Shown here piece after piece: positions 47,349 to 59,110 of a stretch of DNA of 64,000 nt (its first letter is position 1; the number at the start of each line of letters is the position of its first letter). The stretch is from positions 592,453-656,452 of the forward strand of contig ML978122.1 in assembly GCA_010015805.1 (NCBI GenBank), in the 5' to 3' direction. The DNA comes from Rhizodiscina lignyota. Taxonomy: Eukaryota. The notes under the pieces were generated by a model. The model saw only the letters and a list, made by a program, of their open reading frames with translations. It searched no databases and was not told the DNA's origin. Position numbers and translations under genes: made by a program.

Positions 47349-49271
47349 TCATCTGTACCCTCCTCCATATCCATATCCTTTGACCTTCCGGTCGTCCCAG
47401 CCGTCTTCAACTCTCCAGCCTTCACGGAAATGAGTCCTGAGGTGTCGAGCTCGCTTCTCCCAGCTGCTCAGTCTCTCACCGCAGAAGCCGCAGCCCCAGC
47501 TTCGGTTGCTGTATTCGACTTTGCTCTTCCATTCTGCGCCAAAGCTTGTGTCTGCAGGCGTAAAGCGGTGAAAGTTACGCAGATGTTGGAAGAGGTGGTC
47601 TTTCCTGGTAAATGTCCGCTCGGCTCCAGGCCGGCATAAGCAGTCAGACAATCGGTGCTCGCACTCCTGTGCGTGAGTTTGCGGGTCGGGGTTCAGCTTG
47701 CCACAGAAGGCACAGGATGTTGTCTGGGTGTAGACTGCAGGAGAGCTACCAAAAGAGAAAGGGCTGAATGCCGGGTTTGGCGTTGTTGTTGGGGAAGTAT
47801 GCTGGATAATGAAACCAGTAGCCATGCAAGTCCACTGGAACCGTGGAAGATGCTTGGTCTCCTCGTGACGCTTCCAGGTCTTACTTGAGAAGCTTTTCCC
47901 GCAGTTTGGGAACGTGCATTGAAAGATCTCACCACTCCTGCTACTGGCGGGGGTCTCGGTGCCATGATCATGATCGGAGTGCGAGTCACTGTTGTCGTGG
48001 GCTGGAGAGCGGTTGCTGTTTGATGTAGGCCCTGAAGAGGTGACAGGACTTCTCCGAGGGCCTGGACGAGCACCACGAAAGTGCCGCCTCAGACCGCGCC
48101 TGGGAGTAAAGCCTAGCGGCGACGGTTCAAGCTGGGAGGTGAAGCTGGTATTGGAAGGTGTTCGAGGAATAATGGTGCTGCTTGGGCTTGTTGTATTGGA
48201 GGAAGGAAATGGCAAATGAAAATCAGATGGCGAAGCCGCAGCATGCGACCCAGCGCTGCTGGGTGATCGAAATAGATCCGACTGCGGACCTGATTGGAAG
48301 ATATTCTGAGTTGATAGCAATCCATGAGGAGCAGAGGTTGGCCAAAGATTAGTTGGCATATTGTGCTCCTGTTCGACGAGAGGCTCCAGCTCCATGCCGA
48401 ATGGCGGATAGCTCGCCATAGATGTTGAAGGATGGGGCGCGAATGCCGACGTGCTGAGACTCTCTGGAGAAGACGTCAAGTCGTGGAGAACCACAGGGCC
48501 TGTGCCTGGCCTTGGTAGTTGCCTTTTGCGCGCGTTGATGAACCAGTTGTTGACCTGGCGCGGCTCGAGACCGGATCTAGCAGCGAGCATCTCTTTGATT
48601 TCCTTGGAAGGATAAGGGTCGTTAAGGTTCTGATCAAACCACTCGCGCAATGGAGCAATCGAAGATGGATGGAAGTTCCGCCCAGTGTGTCTCAATGGGC
48701 TTGGCTGCTCGTCGTTTGTTGTGGTTCTTACGGGCGACCGAAATTCCTCAGGCGACGTTCCAGTCGTAGTAACACTCGTATCTGTTGCGGTCAAGATTGG
48801 AACTTCGTCTACTGAGGATACCTGTCCGTCCGTGTATATTGACAGTCCAGCTGGAGATGTATAGTCATTCTCGGGGAGCCGCTGACGACGACATTGCCCT
48901 GCGTCCCAGTTCTGCAGATAGGCGTCAGCGTGACTCAAGATTCGGGGATGCAAATGACTGTAGGATGCCGGTGTACGACTCGGCCCTCGTGCAAATGGTC
49001 GTACCATGGCTGCCTTGTGTGCCGGTGACCGGTGGTTTGAGAAAGAAGTGCAGAGCTCACTCACCGGTTCAGCGACTGCCTCCAGGTTTTGATAGAAGTC
49101 TTGTGTCGCAAAGGCCATACCGACGTGTTGCAGATCATTGCTGTGTTCATTAAATAAAGTCCATGCCTCCGGTCCTGCCGGATAAGGCACTTCAAATGTA
49201 TTAAGGTAGCTCGATTCCTCGTCGTGGTACGAAATGGGGGAGAGCGGTCTAGAATTCATCGAAAAAGCCAT
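47349..49271 (-). CDS. TALE (KN-type) homeobox plus C2H2 zinc-finger transcription factor
   Basis: LREWFDQNLNDPYPSKEIKEMLAARSGLEPRQVNNWFINARKR (PYP, WFxN); FQCTFPNCGKSF..TWKRHEETKH; RKDHLFQHLRNFH; WGCGFCGE...RARHLRTHF. Confidence 0.93.
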   Translation of the reverse strand: MAFSMNSRPLSPISYHDEESSYLNTFEVPYPAGPEAWTLFNEHSNDLQHVGMAFATQDFYQNLEAVAEPVSELCTSFSNHRSPAHKAAMVRPFARGPSRTPASYSHLHPRILSHADAYLQNWDAGQCRRQRLPENDYTSPAGLSIYTDGQVSSVDEVPILTATDTSVTTTGTSPEEFRSPVRTTTNDEQPSPLRHTGRNFHPSSIAPLREWFDQNLNDPYPSKEIKEMLAARSGLEPRQVNNWFINARKRQLPRPGTGPVVLHDLTSSPESLSTSAFAPHPSTSMASYPPFGMELEPLVEQEHNMPTNLWPTSAPHGLLSTQNIFQSGPQSDLFRSPSSAGSHAAASPSDFHLPFPSSNTTSPSSTIIPRTPSNTSFTSQLEPSPLGFTPRRGLRRHFRGARPGPRRSPVTSSGPTSNSNRSPAHDNSDSHSDHDHGTETPASSRSGEIFQCTFPNCGKSFSSKTWKRHEETKHLPRFQWTCMATGFIIQHTSPTTTPNPAFSPFSFGSSPAVYTQTTSCAFCGKLNPDPQTHAQECEHRLSDCLCRPGAERTFTRKDHLFQHLRNFHRFTPADTSFGAEWKSKVEYSNRSWGCGFCGERLSSWEKRARHLRTHFREGWRVEDGWDDRKVKGYGYGGGYR

Positions 49272-50691
49272 CGTAGCGTCCTGAAGTAGGATTGTCGGTC
49301 AGCTGCGTGCCGGTGTGTCGTCCTCGGGAGCAGACTCGGACTCATCGAATTAGGGCCGTATCGGTAGCGACAGTCGCACAAAGCTCAACGAATTCTGTCC
49401 AGCAGTGGGATTGCAAATTGCACCAGAAAGCGAGACCGCGAGGTTGGATATCGAAGGAAAGGAAAGAAGGGAAGTGATCTGCAGGTGAAACCTGAACCGA
49501 CCGAAAACGGGGGCGCGCGGGCTCTTATACAGACCTTCAATGTGGAGGTGGTCTGTGTGGGCTGGTGGAGGATACCAAAAAAAGTGAGAGTCATCGGCGT
49601 GCATCCTGGGCACACGCTCGAGCGCGATCAGTGGGCCCAATCAAGGGGAGCAGCAACGGCCGAAGAGTCAAATGCGCGAGCCCAAGATCTCCAGGCATCG
49701 CTGCCATGGCGGCGCTATGGCGCATCAGTGTTCAGCGCATGCGACTCCCTCTCCTAGGGCTGGTGGCATGACGGCGCTGGATGCAGGGACGGCCATGATA
49801 CGCTTGCAGGAAGACGGCCGGACCTTCGTCAGAGGTGCGTGAGGAGGCCGACGGAGCGTGTGCTCGACCAGGAGACCGGTGAGGTGCAGAAGTGGTGGGC
49901 TGTGGTGCGGAAGACGAGGAGTGGCTCGTACGCTGCACAGCCTCGCCTCATGCCTGGAGCTGCAGGTGTGGCGTGCGTGGTTTTCTCGTACGTATGCTCG
50001 CGCCCTTTGCTGCTATGTATCGCATTTCTGCGAGTTCACCTTCGACCGTATGCGAGGCCATTGCCGCACGCGCAGCGAGAGTGATGTGCGCGACTTTCGG
50101 CGCAGAAGGCGCGCATCGTCGTTGCGTGCGAAGTTGGGTGGACGAGTGGACCTGCCGCATCGGCCTGTCGGTTTGCTGCCCACCGCCAAGCCAGCAGTGC
50201 GGCCACCGCTCGCGCACGAGGAAAAGAGCCGCTTCTACGATCGATACAGGGGTGGAATGGCGGTGTCTGCTCTCCTCTGTGCTCAGGCACGTTATCTCCT
50301 TCCGTGCGTCATTCGCTTATGACCCTACCGGGCCTCGGCCGGCGCCTCTGCTCACGCTCACATTTCAATACTGCCCTCGCGCTCCCCCGTCCATGGCAGC
50401 TGAGCGGTATATCGGAGACAAGCCTGCCGCTTGCTGCGGCGACCGTCAAATCGCAATCGAACCAAAAACACAGTGTGCACCGAACTTTATTTCCCGGGCT
50501 CTGTGCAGACCTTGTCATACGGAGAAACATTTCGAAGAGTGCCGTGCCATTGGCTACTATCATGCTACATGAGCAATGTACTCTACAATCGTGAGACCGT
50601 TCCTCAGAGTCACACGTGACCGGCGATGTATCATCAATTGGCTTTCAAATCGCAATTCACGCCGTTGATTCCTTGTTCTTCGACGTTTCAA

Positions 50692-51078
50692 TTATTTCAG
50701 ACCGCTGCTCGGATCGCTCTTCTGCGGGTATCCGTAGTCCGGGCCTGTCGTATCTGCGAGGCCAGGCTTGTTCTTCGCCTCTCTCGTGACAGCATCATTA
50801 GGAAGCCCGCTCAAGTTGTCCTTCGCAGTCCTCCCCACGTCACCTCCGGCAACATTCGTCTTCCACTCTTCCCCGTCAATCCGGGCGCTGCTCACGCCAG
50901 TAGCAGGCCCTCTCATACTGTCCGAGCCCGCGCCATAGGAGATGTCGTCAGCCTGACCACCCGATCCGACATTGACAGTACGAGCATCGGCAGAGTTCCA
51001 GTCGGACTGAACGGGTGGGTCATCGGGGAGCGGCAAATTGGCCTTACGCTCTTCAATGATATCCTTTTTCGAGGCCAT
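50692..51078 (-). CDS. Small hydrophilic fungal protein (hydrophilin-like); probable 5'-UTR intron ~51188-51123
   Basis: 128-aa Gly/Asp-rich ORF with ERKANLPLPDDPPVQSDWNSADARTVNVGSG; good start context (CTACCATGG); upstream GTACCC...CACAG intron. Confidence 0.75.
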   Translation of the reverse strand: MASKKDIIEERKANLPLPDDPPVQSDWNSADARTVNVGSGGQADDISYGAGSDSMRGPATGVSSARIDGEEWKTNVAGGDVGRTAKDNLSGLPNDAVTREAKNKPGLADTTGPDYGYPQKSDPSSGLK

Positions 51079-51879
51079 GGTAGAAGTCTAAGTTTATCTG
51101 TGAATCTCGATGTTAGTTGTGGCTGTGAATGTCGGTAAGACTTTAAAATGAGCACGTGGTGCTTCAACCGCCACACTTGCTGGGGTACCTTGAATCGGTT
51201 ACTGACCTTGATGAAGAATCCGTACAGATTTTGCGAGGTTTGACTAAGAGTTTAGATCGTGATACAGAGCTTGAGGGAAACTGTGGAAGTAAAGAGGAAG
51301 AGCTTTCAAGAAGACGACGTGCGGCTTAAAAACCTATGGATTCGTTCGTGACGTCAGTTTTTCGAGATGGGAATTGTGAATGTTCGATCCACGATGATCA
51401 TTTTGTGACCCGTGCAGAGTGACCTCCCGTGCAGAGTGGCCTTGAAACATCGGATGAATATCCCAAAACAGGCACACGACACCACGGAGAATACTCTCGA
51501 AGCTGCCTCACACGACTATCTTTGGGCTCGAGAATAGGTACTCAATGACCTTATCGATACATCCTGCACCCGAAAGTGGGGATCTGACGTCAACAACCCC
51601 TGAAAACTCCTCACCACCACAAGTGCCGAGTTAGAGACGTGGAACATCTGCAATAGCAGGCCACGTTCTACTCTAGTCTCCTAATTATTCGAAGTCATTA
51701 GGCCTCAGGAAGATTTCAATTGGGCTCCGGCTCTCTTGTTTCCTGTGAGCGGCCGTCCGCTAATCTCTCCGAGGATTACATGTACATGTCTCTACAGCTC
51801 TGATTTCATATAAACGTCTTCATCCGGTGTCTTCGAGCTAATTTCTTGTTTGTAATCGTACATATATGTTCTAAAAAGG

Positions 51880-53037
51880 ATGGCTCCTCGCACAAGAGAA
51901 GAACTTGAGGCGTACAACAAGATTGACCCCGAGTTCGAGAAGGTATCTCCAACATGTGGGATCAACGTCCCCAGTGAGACTCGAGCCTGACATATCTCGA
52001 AAGGAAATCAAAGCAAACCCGATTCCCGAGAAATCGCTCGCTCTGGAGTACTTCGGCCATGTAGGCCACCGCGCTCGCTTCCTGGCAGAGCGCCGCCGTT
52101 TCTACCCCATCCCCGCACAAGTCCCAGAAGTGGACGAGACATTACTGCGCGTCCCTATGCGCGATGGCTACGAGATTACTGTCAAACTGTACAGTCCCAT
52201 CAATCCACCTGCAAAGGGCAGCCCGCTTGTGGTGATGTTCCACGAGGGCGGCTGGTGCATGGGTGATCTCACCGACGAAGATCAGAACTGCAGGATGCTC
52301 GCGAGAGACCTCGAATGCATTTGTCTGAATGTAGATTATAGACTTGCACCGAAGTATAAGTTTCCTGTAGGGGTGAATGACTGCTGGGATGCTTTGCAAT
52401 GGGTACTGGACTGCTTCTCCGCTCTTCTCTTCTGCATAATCTGCTCACGTAAATACAGGCTGCTAAGAACGCAAAAGGCCTTCAAGCAAACCCCGAGCTG
52501 GGCTTCGTTATCGGAGGTGCCTCTGCTGGCGGCAATCTCGTCGCCGTCCTCACACACGTCGCGCGCGACGAATCCCTCTCGCCCCCTCTAACCGGCCAAT
52601 ATCTCTGCGTGCCAGTCGTGTGCGCAGCAGACGAATTGCCCGACAAGTATAAGGACGAATACATCTCCTGGCACGCCAATCGGCAAGATCCCGTTCTCAG
52701 GAATCCAGGTTCGAGCTCCGTTCATAAAGCGCTGAAACCGGACCCGGCATCACCGCTATTTTCGCCATTGCTTTGGAAGGATGAGGAAGGCCGGATAGCG
52801 ATGGGACACAAGGATCTACCAAGAGCTTACTTCCAGGTGTGTGGGATGGATCCACTGAGGGACGATGGGTTGATTTACGAACGGATGTTGAGGGAAGAGT
52901 TTGGGATTCCGACGAAGCTTGATCTGTATCCAGGGTTCGGTCATATGTGGTGGTCAAATTTTCCACGAATGTCCAAGAGTCGGTGGTTCGTGAATGATAC
53001 GTTGCAGGGATTTAAATGGCTTCTGCAGAAGTCATAA
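51880..53037 (+). CDS. Alpha/beta hydrolase, HSL-like family (Abhydrolase_3), 3 exons
   Basis: VVMFHEGGW, VDYRLAPKYKFP..VNDCWDALQW, GGASAGGNL nucleophile elbow, GMDPLRDDG, YPGFGH. Confidence 0.9.
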
Positions 53038-53114
53038 AGGCAAGAAAGCGTATACATGATCGCTGTGGCGTAAGTGTCGGAGGAGCATTCGAACATTGTT
53101 GAACAGACTTTATT

Positions 53115-54445
53115 TTAAAATCTGGAGCGTGACTTGTCGCTAACTGCGGTGCTAGTTGTGCCACTCATGTGAAAATTCTTGGTCCCATCAAAGGAGGTGA
53201 CTTGCTCCTGAATAAACAGGTCGGCGAACGACGGCTTTGACGTGTTCCCACTATTGCTCCTTCCAGACCGGCTGTCGATTGTTCGAGCTTCATCCCGTCC
53301 ACTGCCTGCAGGTAAGGACCCGGTGTTGGCTAGCTCGATTTCGTCCTCGTGAAACTGAGGCTCAGAGGATACATTGACCTCGTACTGGACGAAGATCTTG
53401 TTGAACTGGTCCTTAAGTACAGGCCAGAAGAACGGTATAGTGGCGCATGAAGCAGCGAGGTAGATCTCCGCTATAGACAGCAGTATCGGTCCTGGTTCGT
53501 TAAACGTGGGATCCGTCCCCGCGCCCGCTCCGGTCTTCACAACGTCAACCAGACGCCAGAGAGCAAAAGAGCAGGCGCTAATATTATTGTCAGTTATAAT
53601 CGAGTCATCCGACCAGCGCCGAGGATAATACTCACAGTAATCCCAGGAATAGCACTGCCGTCATAGCCCTTCTGGTTGAGGGGACATCGCTTAGGAATTG
53701 AAGGCGAATTGCTAGAAGAAGAACAAGAATATCCAAACAGAAATTACTCGCAGAATGACCCTTGATCATGTTCGTAAGCGTAACCCAATTCGGCGATGCA
53801 AAACCATAGCAGCCCTTATACGTCATTTCCCAAAAAGCGGATGGGCTGGGGAAACAAGGAAAGAGAGATATGAAGAGAAAAGCAAACCCCCATAATGAAA
53901 CCAAGACTAAAATACACTGAGTAAATCGATAGGTATATGTTCCCGCTTCAAAGACGCGCAGATACTGGAGCAAAAGGGATATCTTAATAAAAGCTGTTGA
54001 AGACACATATGCGATTCCCCAAATATACTGGCATTCGATGACTTTCTTGAGATGGTCGAGAGGGACATCCATAACGCGCATGCCGATGCCGAATCTCGTG
54101 TCGATGCAGGCTACCACCGTAGACAAGGTAAACGCCAACTAAGACAATGATCAATTAAGTCTCCGGGTACAGACCAAAAGGTTTCGAGCTTACCACCGCC
54201 AGTACCACGAACAGATCATCCCACCAAGGCTTCTTTATCACGAAGAAGCGAGCGAATAACCGAAACGCGGTGGTCAGCCAACAAAGAATCTTTTGCAAGT
54301 GCCGGATCAGCAATCAGGGACCAGTTGATATCAATCCAGAACATACTGTGAGCGTGATGCATATTCCAATTATGGTAGCTGGACGGTTGGACCAAGGTAG
54401 TGGTGGCGGCGGAGAGGCGGAAAGGCCTTGAGACTGCTGAGCCAT
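53115..54445 (-). CDS. PTH11-like integral membrane protein (rhodopsin-domain type, no CFEM), 4 exons
   Basis: FRLFARFFVIKKPWWDDLFVVLA, FGIGM, FIKISLLLQYLRVF, NFCLDILVL, AEIYLAASCATIPFFWP. Confidence 0.88.
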
Positions 54446-55190
54446 TGCTAGCGAAAACTCGGGAGCTCGTCATTCAGCGGTTGTCCATTGTATGGTTGAA
54501 GAGAACGTGCGTTGCGAGCATTCACGCGAACCGATCCCAGGTCAGAGGACTCTCAGATCGATACACGTGGGTAGGCTTTTGTTGGAATTCGTCGATACAT
54601 AGAGGGGGAGCCGTAAGGAGTATTCCACTCTGGGAGACATGGAGAATAAAAGAGGATGGTCTCACTGAACTACTGCAAGGGCCCGAATTTTTACAGATAT
54701 CGAGTGAGGTAAGCACCATACTCGATTCGTACGCTGATACAAGCTCGTGTCGGGAGTGGTGACTTTTCCAGCAAGGCTGCGAGGCAGGGGTGGTCTTGTT
54801 ACCCCAGAGCAAGTCCGGAGTACGGGCCGTAGAAGATGAGAGGATGCAGGAGCAATTATACATGCAAGCAGTGGTATTCTTGGGATACAGAAACAATCCC
54901 CTGCGAAAGGAGTTGATGCGACAGCCGCGTTGAACACTTGCGGATGGTTTCACCGTTGATCGGCTCATTAGCATGGGTATCACTCACGCTGGCAGAAATG
55001 TTTCCTAAGCAAAGGCAGCGTCGTAAATCCTCTCTCTCATGATGTCAAGCTCGGAAGTTACGCATTGCGATGGTGTTGAACACAAGTGACAATCCTTCTC
55101 AGCGTTATTCCTATTACAGTTTAGCGCCTTACTCCCCCCTGTTAATCTTCTCCTGAAAGGCTGAACCTTTGAACTCCAAATCTCAGCCTC

Positions 55191-56561
55191 TCAGCAAGTC
55201 CCTCCCGGGCCGCCAAAGTAAATATAGGTACCCCAATCTCCTCCTGCGGGAAAATTTGTAATATTAATGTCATAGCAGCCAGGCGTTTTGCTTTCGAGCC
55301 CAAGTTTTGTCCACTCTCCGACGCCGTCGTTCTCGTCCCTTGGAATCCAGAAGATAGTGTTCTGGAAAGCTGCCCGGCTCCAACCATCCGATGGGAACTT
55401 TCCGCTTCCCATTGGCGGGAACGGCGAACCATCCTTCATGCGCGATGCCTCGCCTCCATATGCGACTAGAGAGGCGTTATGTGCAATCTGTCCGCCCTTA
55501 TAAATCGAGCTCGGATAGAACCCAACCGCTTCGTACTCCCCTCGGCCTCTCAGGAACAGCCACCACTTATCCTTGTACAGCTTCCACTGCATCTCGAAGC
55601 CCCATTGGTCGCCATTGATGGTGCTGTAGTGATCCCAAATGCCGCCGATATACCAGTTGTTGTTCAGCTGTGCGAAACCAGGACAGTCGAGGTTGTAGCA
55701 TCCATACATCTCCGTCGTCTGACAGCCTGAGAGGTTGTAGTTATGGTTCGTCCAGTAGATGAACAGCACTGCCTGGCCATTGGTGGGCCACCACGAACCG
55801 ACCTCCCACCCGCCCTCGACGGTCTGCGTACTGCAACCACTGCCGCCGACATACCAATGTTGGGAGAGCGAGAAGTTGGCCTTGGGGCTCCAGAGGTTGA
55901 TCCAAGAGTTCCCGCCGAAGTTTTCCACCTGCTGAAAGGCGGATGCCCACTTGTGGACATCCCACTCAACGCCTTGAGGGTTTGGTCTTTCCCGGCCAGG
56001 TCCTCCCCGGCCTTTGGAGAAGAAGTCATTCAACGTTGTGAAGTTCGTTAGGTACTCCAACGTTAGCCTCTTCATGGGTATGTAGCCGGGCTTGCAGCTG
56101 ATCGGATTCCCGAATCGATCCTTGAGCCCGAGCTTCAGGGGGGAATCGGCAGAGCGCGACGGGCCCGGAGTATCATGACCCTCTCTTTCGCCGCGAGAAG
56201 TCACATTGGGAGGCTGCTCAATGTGCCCAAGTTTGAGGTGGTAGTACGTTGGTTGTTCTCTAATGGCAATGCAGTCGACGTAATCCACGCCTTAGACGAA
56301 TGAACGAACCGAATCGCGATCGTGGACACCCTCATACATGTACAGCACGTGGCTTTGCATCCTCTGGAACTCAGCCTCGCTCAGTACAGCGGTATCGTTG
56401 TACTCTGTGAAGTTGGCATGTTGCACTTGAGGCAAGAATTGAGAGAAGGGGATAAAGTCAGGCTGGTTATCAATGGTAATGGGTTGTTGTCCATTACCCT
56501 CAAAGTATCTGGCGACGACTGCGGGCAGTCCGATCAGCACCGCGAGGCTGAGAGCTAACAT
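55191..56561 (-). pseudogene. Secreted neprosin-family (DUF239, glutamic peptidase G3-like) gene, intronless, with one in-frame TAA at 56294-56292
   Basis: Signal peptide; propeptide DCIAIREQP...CKPGYIPMKR; QTVEGGW, GCYNLDCPGFAQ, WWL....EAVGFYP, AYGGEA, PMGSGKFP, YFGGPG. The two ORFs share one frame: TTC GTC TAA GGC GTG GAT. Confidence 0.88.
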
Positions 56562-57368
56562 GGTAGAGAAAGATACGTAAGGACCTGAAACTATGAATCT
56601 TGTAACTGAAGAAGCTTAGTAGACTGACTTCCTATCGGGTAAGATCAAAGCGCATGGCGTAGCAGTAGCTCAGCTGGTTGAATTAAGGAAATCGGCGCAG
56701 CTAAATGAGGGCTGAAGAGATCAACAATAGGAAAGAAATCAATCTTTTCATGAGCCCGTCGCGCTCTTGGCAGTCTGAGGGGCATGCATAGTGGCTTTTG
56801 AAGCTCAATTCAGCTGTAATTGTCGATGGCAATGGATTGGTTCACGTCTCGCTTCAGCTGGAGTACCAAGGCCGTGCTGTGTAGAAAACCAAGACTGAAG
56901 TGCAGTTCTTGGCCGTGGATATCAGCAATTACGTTTGTTTTCGGATGCACGAGGCTGAAAATGAAGCAAATCATCGGCGAGAGGCAACAACTGCGGCCGG
57001 AGACAAGACTTGTGTATGTCGCAGCTGGATGAGTGTTCGCGGGTGGTATGAGTATTGCTGGAAGTAGCTTCTCCTCGGCGATATATAAGCAGAAGTCTCG
57101 ATGTAAAGTTGAGAAAACTTCCACAAGGTGGTGCGGGAAGAAGCGTTGGCTTATCGTTTGGTTATTGGTGGGATCAACTTCTCGGCGACCAACTTGCGAG
57201 AGAACTGTGCCTTGTAAAGCCCGCAGTAACACAAACTCTTTTTCGCAGGCATGCATAAGCAGGCGACTCAATTATTATCGGAATGTGCACATCTCAAGCG
57301 ATCTGTACATAAGACCCAAGTGAAAGGGAGAAAGCGGGTAGATATCCCCCTCGAACGCAGGTGTTTGG

Positions 57369-57729
57369 AGGTGGTTCGAGAGGCTGTGGAATCAGCTTCG
57401 ACGCGGCGAAACCTTGAGATAAACTTGCCAGAGGAATACGATTTCCTTCCTACGTAGTATGAGGAAGCTAAACTGTGAGCCCTCGACTTTTTCCGCATAT
57501 AGCGGTTGTGTGCCCAGAATAGATTAGACGTCGCTTGCAGATCTTTCTTTGTCGAAGCACACAATTTATACAGCGCAGTCATGATAATCCTCTCTTCCCA
57601 AGCAAGTTACCCTATCCGTCAATCATAACCGATCAACTTTGACATTCCAGCGCTGGCACATTGCATTCGCCGATGGTTCGAGGAGCGCTGGAATCAGCTT
57701 CGCCGTTGTGAGAGCTTTGGATAAACTTG
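57369..57729 (+). repeat. ~60-bp diverged direct repeat, ~300 bp apart
   Basis: TGGTTCGAG......TGGAATCAGCTTCG.CG...GATAAACTTGC at 57372 and 57674. Confidence 0.75.
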
Positions 57730-57775
57730 CTGTGCAAGGGTAAGAGCAATTGTGCCTAAGCATAGATATGTTGTA

Positions 57776-59110
57776 CTAAACATCATTATGGTTTTCATCA
57801 TCCCAGCCTCCATTCTGGTCCCCATCGCCCCAGCCGGCATCTGGGTCTAGGTCACCCCAACCGGCATTTTGGGCCTCATTGTCCCAACTGGTATACGGGT
57901 CTGAGATGTCCTCCGCTAAGTCAATCTTCAACAGCCGACCAAATCCCTCCCACTCCGCCCAGTCCCCCTTCACGTAGGGGTATACATTCCCCTCCTCATC
58001 CATATAACAGTCTTCGGGGATCCCGTCTTCGCCATAGCCTTCACATCTATGGTGCTGCCGATTCGAGTACCTGACCCCAATCTCGCGTGGAGGCCGCAAC
58101 GCCGAAGCTCCCTTTTCGCGCACCTCGACGTCCCAGAACGCTGTTGTGAACAGCTTCTCGATGAAGCCGACCTCCACTCTCCATTGCATCTCGATCTCTG
58201 GCAGTGGCTGCAATCCTAGCGTCGCTACAGGCGCGCACGGCCAATCCTTGGGCTTGACATTCTTTGGATACTGGGCTGGCCACGACTCCAGATACTGTAT
58301 TAGTTGTCTACCGTATTTATCAAACTCCCAGCTGCCGTCTCGCTCTACTGAGGCCCATTCACCGAATTCGGAGCACAAAGCATCACCGAAGACGAACTTC
58401 TCCCAGGCACAGCCCGCCTCCGCGACGGTCTCGTCCTCGAAGAAGTGCTCGTGTCGTAGTTGATGTTCAGGGATGGCGAAAAATTGTGCTGCATGGGAGA
58501 GCTCGTGGAGCAGGATGGTGGCGAATGCGAAGCGTGTCTTCAGTCGAGTAACACTGCTGTAGCGGTCTTCTTGGGCCAGTGTGTTTGTGTAGTACGAAGC
58601 GTATTCGATGTCCACAGCACAGCCGGAGATGTCTTCATGATTAATCATGTTTCCGAGCCGATATCCACAGGAATCTGCACTGGCGAATTGCGGAACTTTT
58701 GTGCCCATCTTGTCCGAAGGGAAGAAACGCACGTAATCACTCATCATTTGCAGTTGGAGTTTCGTCATTGCGATGTCGCGAGCGGAGAGCTTTCCTGTGC
58801 GACCATAGCGATACATTGCGCCTTCTCCATTCTTGTCTGAGTTGGGGACCATTTCCCACCAACCGTACCATATGGCATGCCACCATGGTAGCAGACTTTC
58901 GTCGGTGAGCAACTTCGAAGCTAGTCGGAGTGATGGTATCAGTGCATCGTAGTTCACTGCAGGGAAGTTACGACGTCTGAAAATGGGATGGATGTCGTTG
59001 CTTAAATCGCCGAGGTTTCCACCTTCCGGCTCCCTGTAGAATTCACCGTCATCTGCATATCTGAGGTAGTACTTGTGGCAGTTGCCATTACCCGGCTGTG
59101 CTTCAGGCAT
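57776..59110 (-). CDS. Intronless 444-aa protein with HExxH zincin-like motif and acidic GW-rich tail
   Basis: IHPIFRRRNF, LIPSLRLASKLL, FAFATILLHELSHAA, downstream FFEDETVAEAGCAWEKFVFG (candidate third ligand Glu); tail AGWGD..DAGWGD..NGGWDD. Confidence 0.8.
   Translation of the reverse strand: MPEAQPGNGNCHKYYLRYADDGEFYREPEGGNLGDLSNDIHPIFRRRNFPAVNYDALIPSLRLASKLLTDESLLPWWHAIWYGWWEMVPNSDKNGEGAMYRYGRTGKLSARDIAMTKLQLQMMSDYVRFFPSDKMGTKVPQFASADSCGYRLGNMINHEDISGCAVDIEYASYYTNTLAQEDRYSSVTRLKTRFAFATILLHELSHAAQFFAIPEHQLRHEHFFEDETVAEAGCAWEKFVFGDALCSEFGEWASVERDGSWEFDKYGRQLIQYLESWPAQYPKNVKPKDWPCAPVATLGLQPLPEIEMQWRVEVGFIEKLFTTAFWDVEVREKGASALRPPREIGVRYSNRQHHRCEGYGEDGIPEDCYMDEEGNVYPYVKGDWAEWEGFGRLLKIDLAEDISDPYTSWDNEAQNAGWGDLDPDAGWGDGDQNGGWDDENHNDV

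Noticed and set aside
49300..50620. GC-rich region with ORFs up to 226 aa upstream of the homeobox gene
   Set aside because: Long ORFs are expected at high GC; translations are Arg/Ala/Cys-rich without motifs. I could not support a gene or structured RNA.
51405..51441. Short direct repeat CCCGTGCAGAGTG x2
   Set aside because: Single 13-bp duplication in a divergent promoter; no further support for function.
56292..56294. A-to-I editing rescue of the neprosin stop
   Set aside because: Fungal restorative editing normally converts TAG to TGG; TAA needs two edits and nothing indicates a conserved Trp here.
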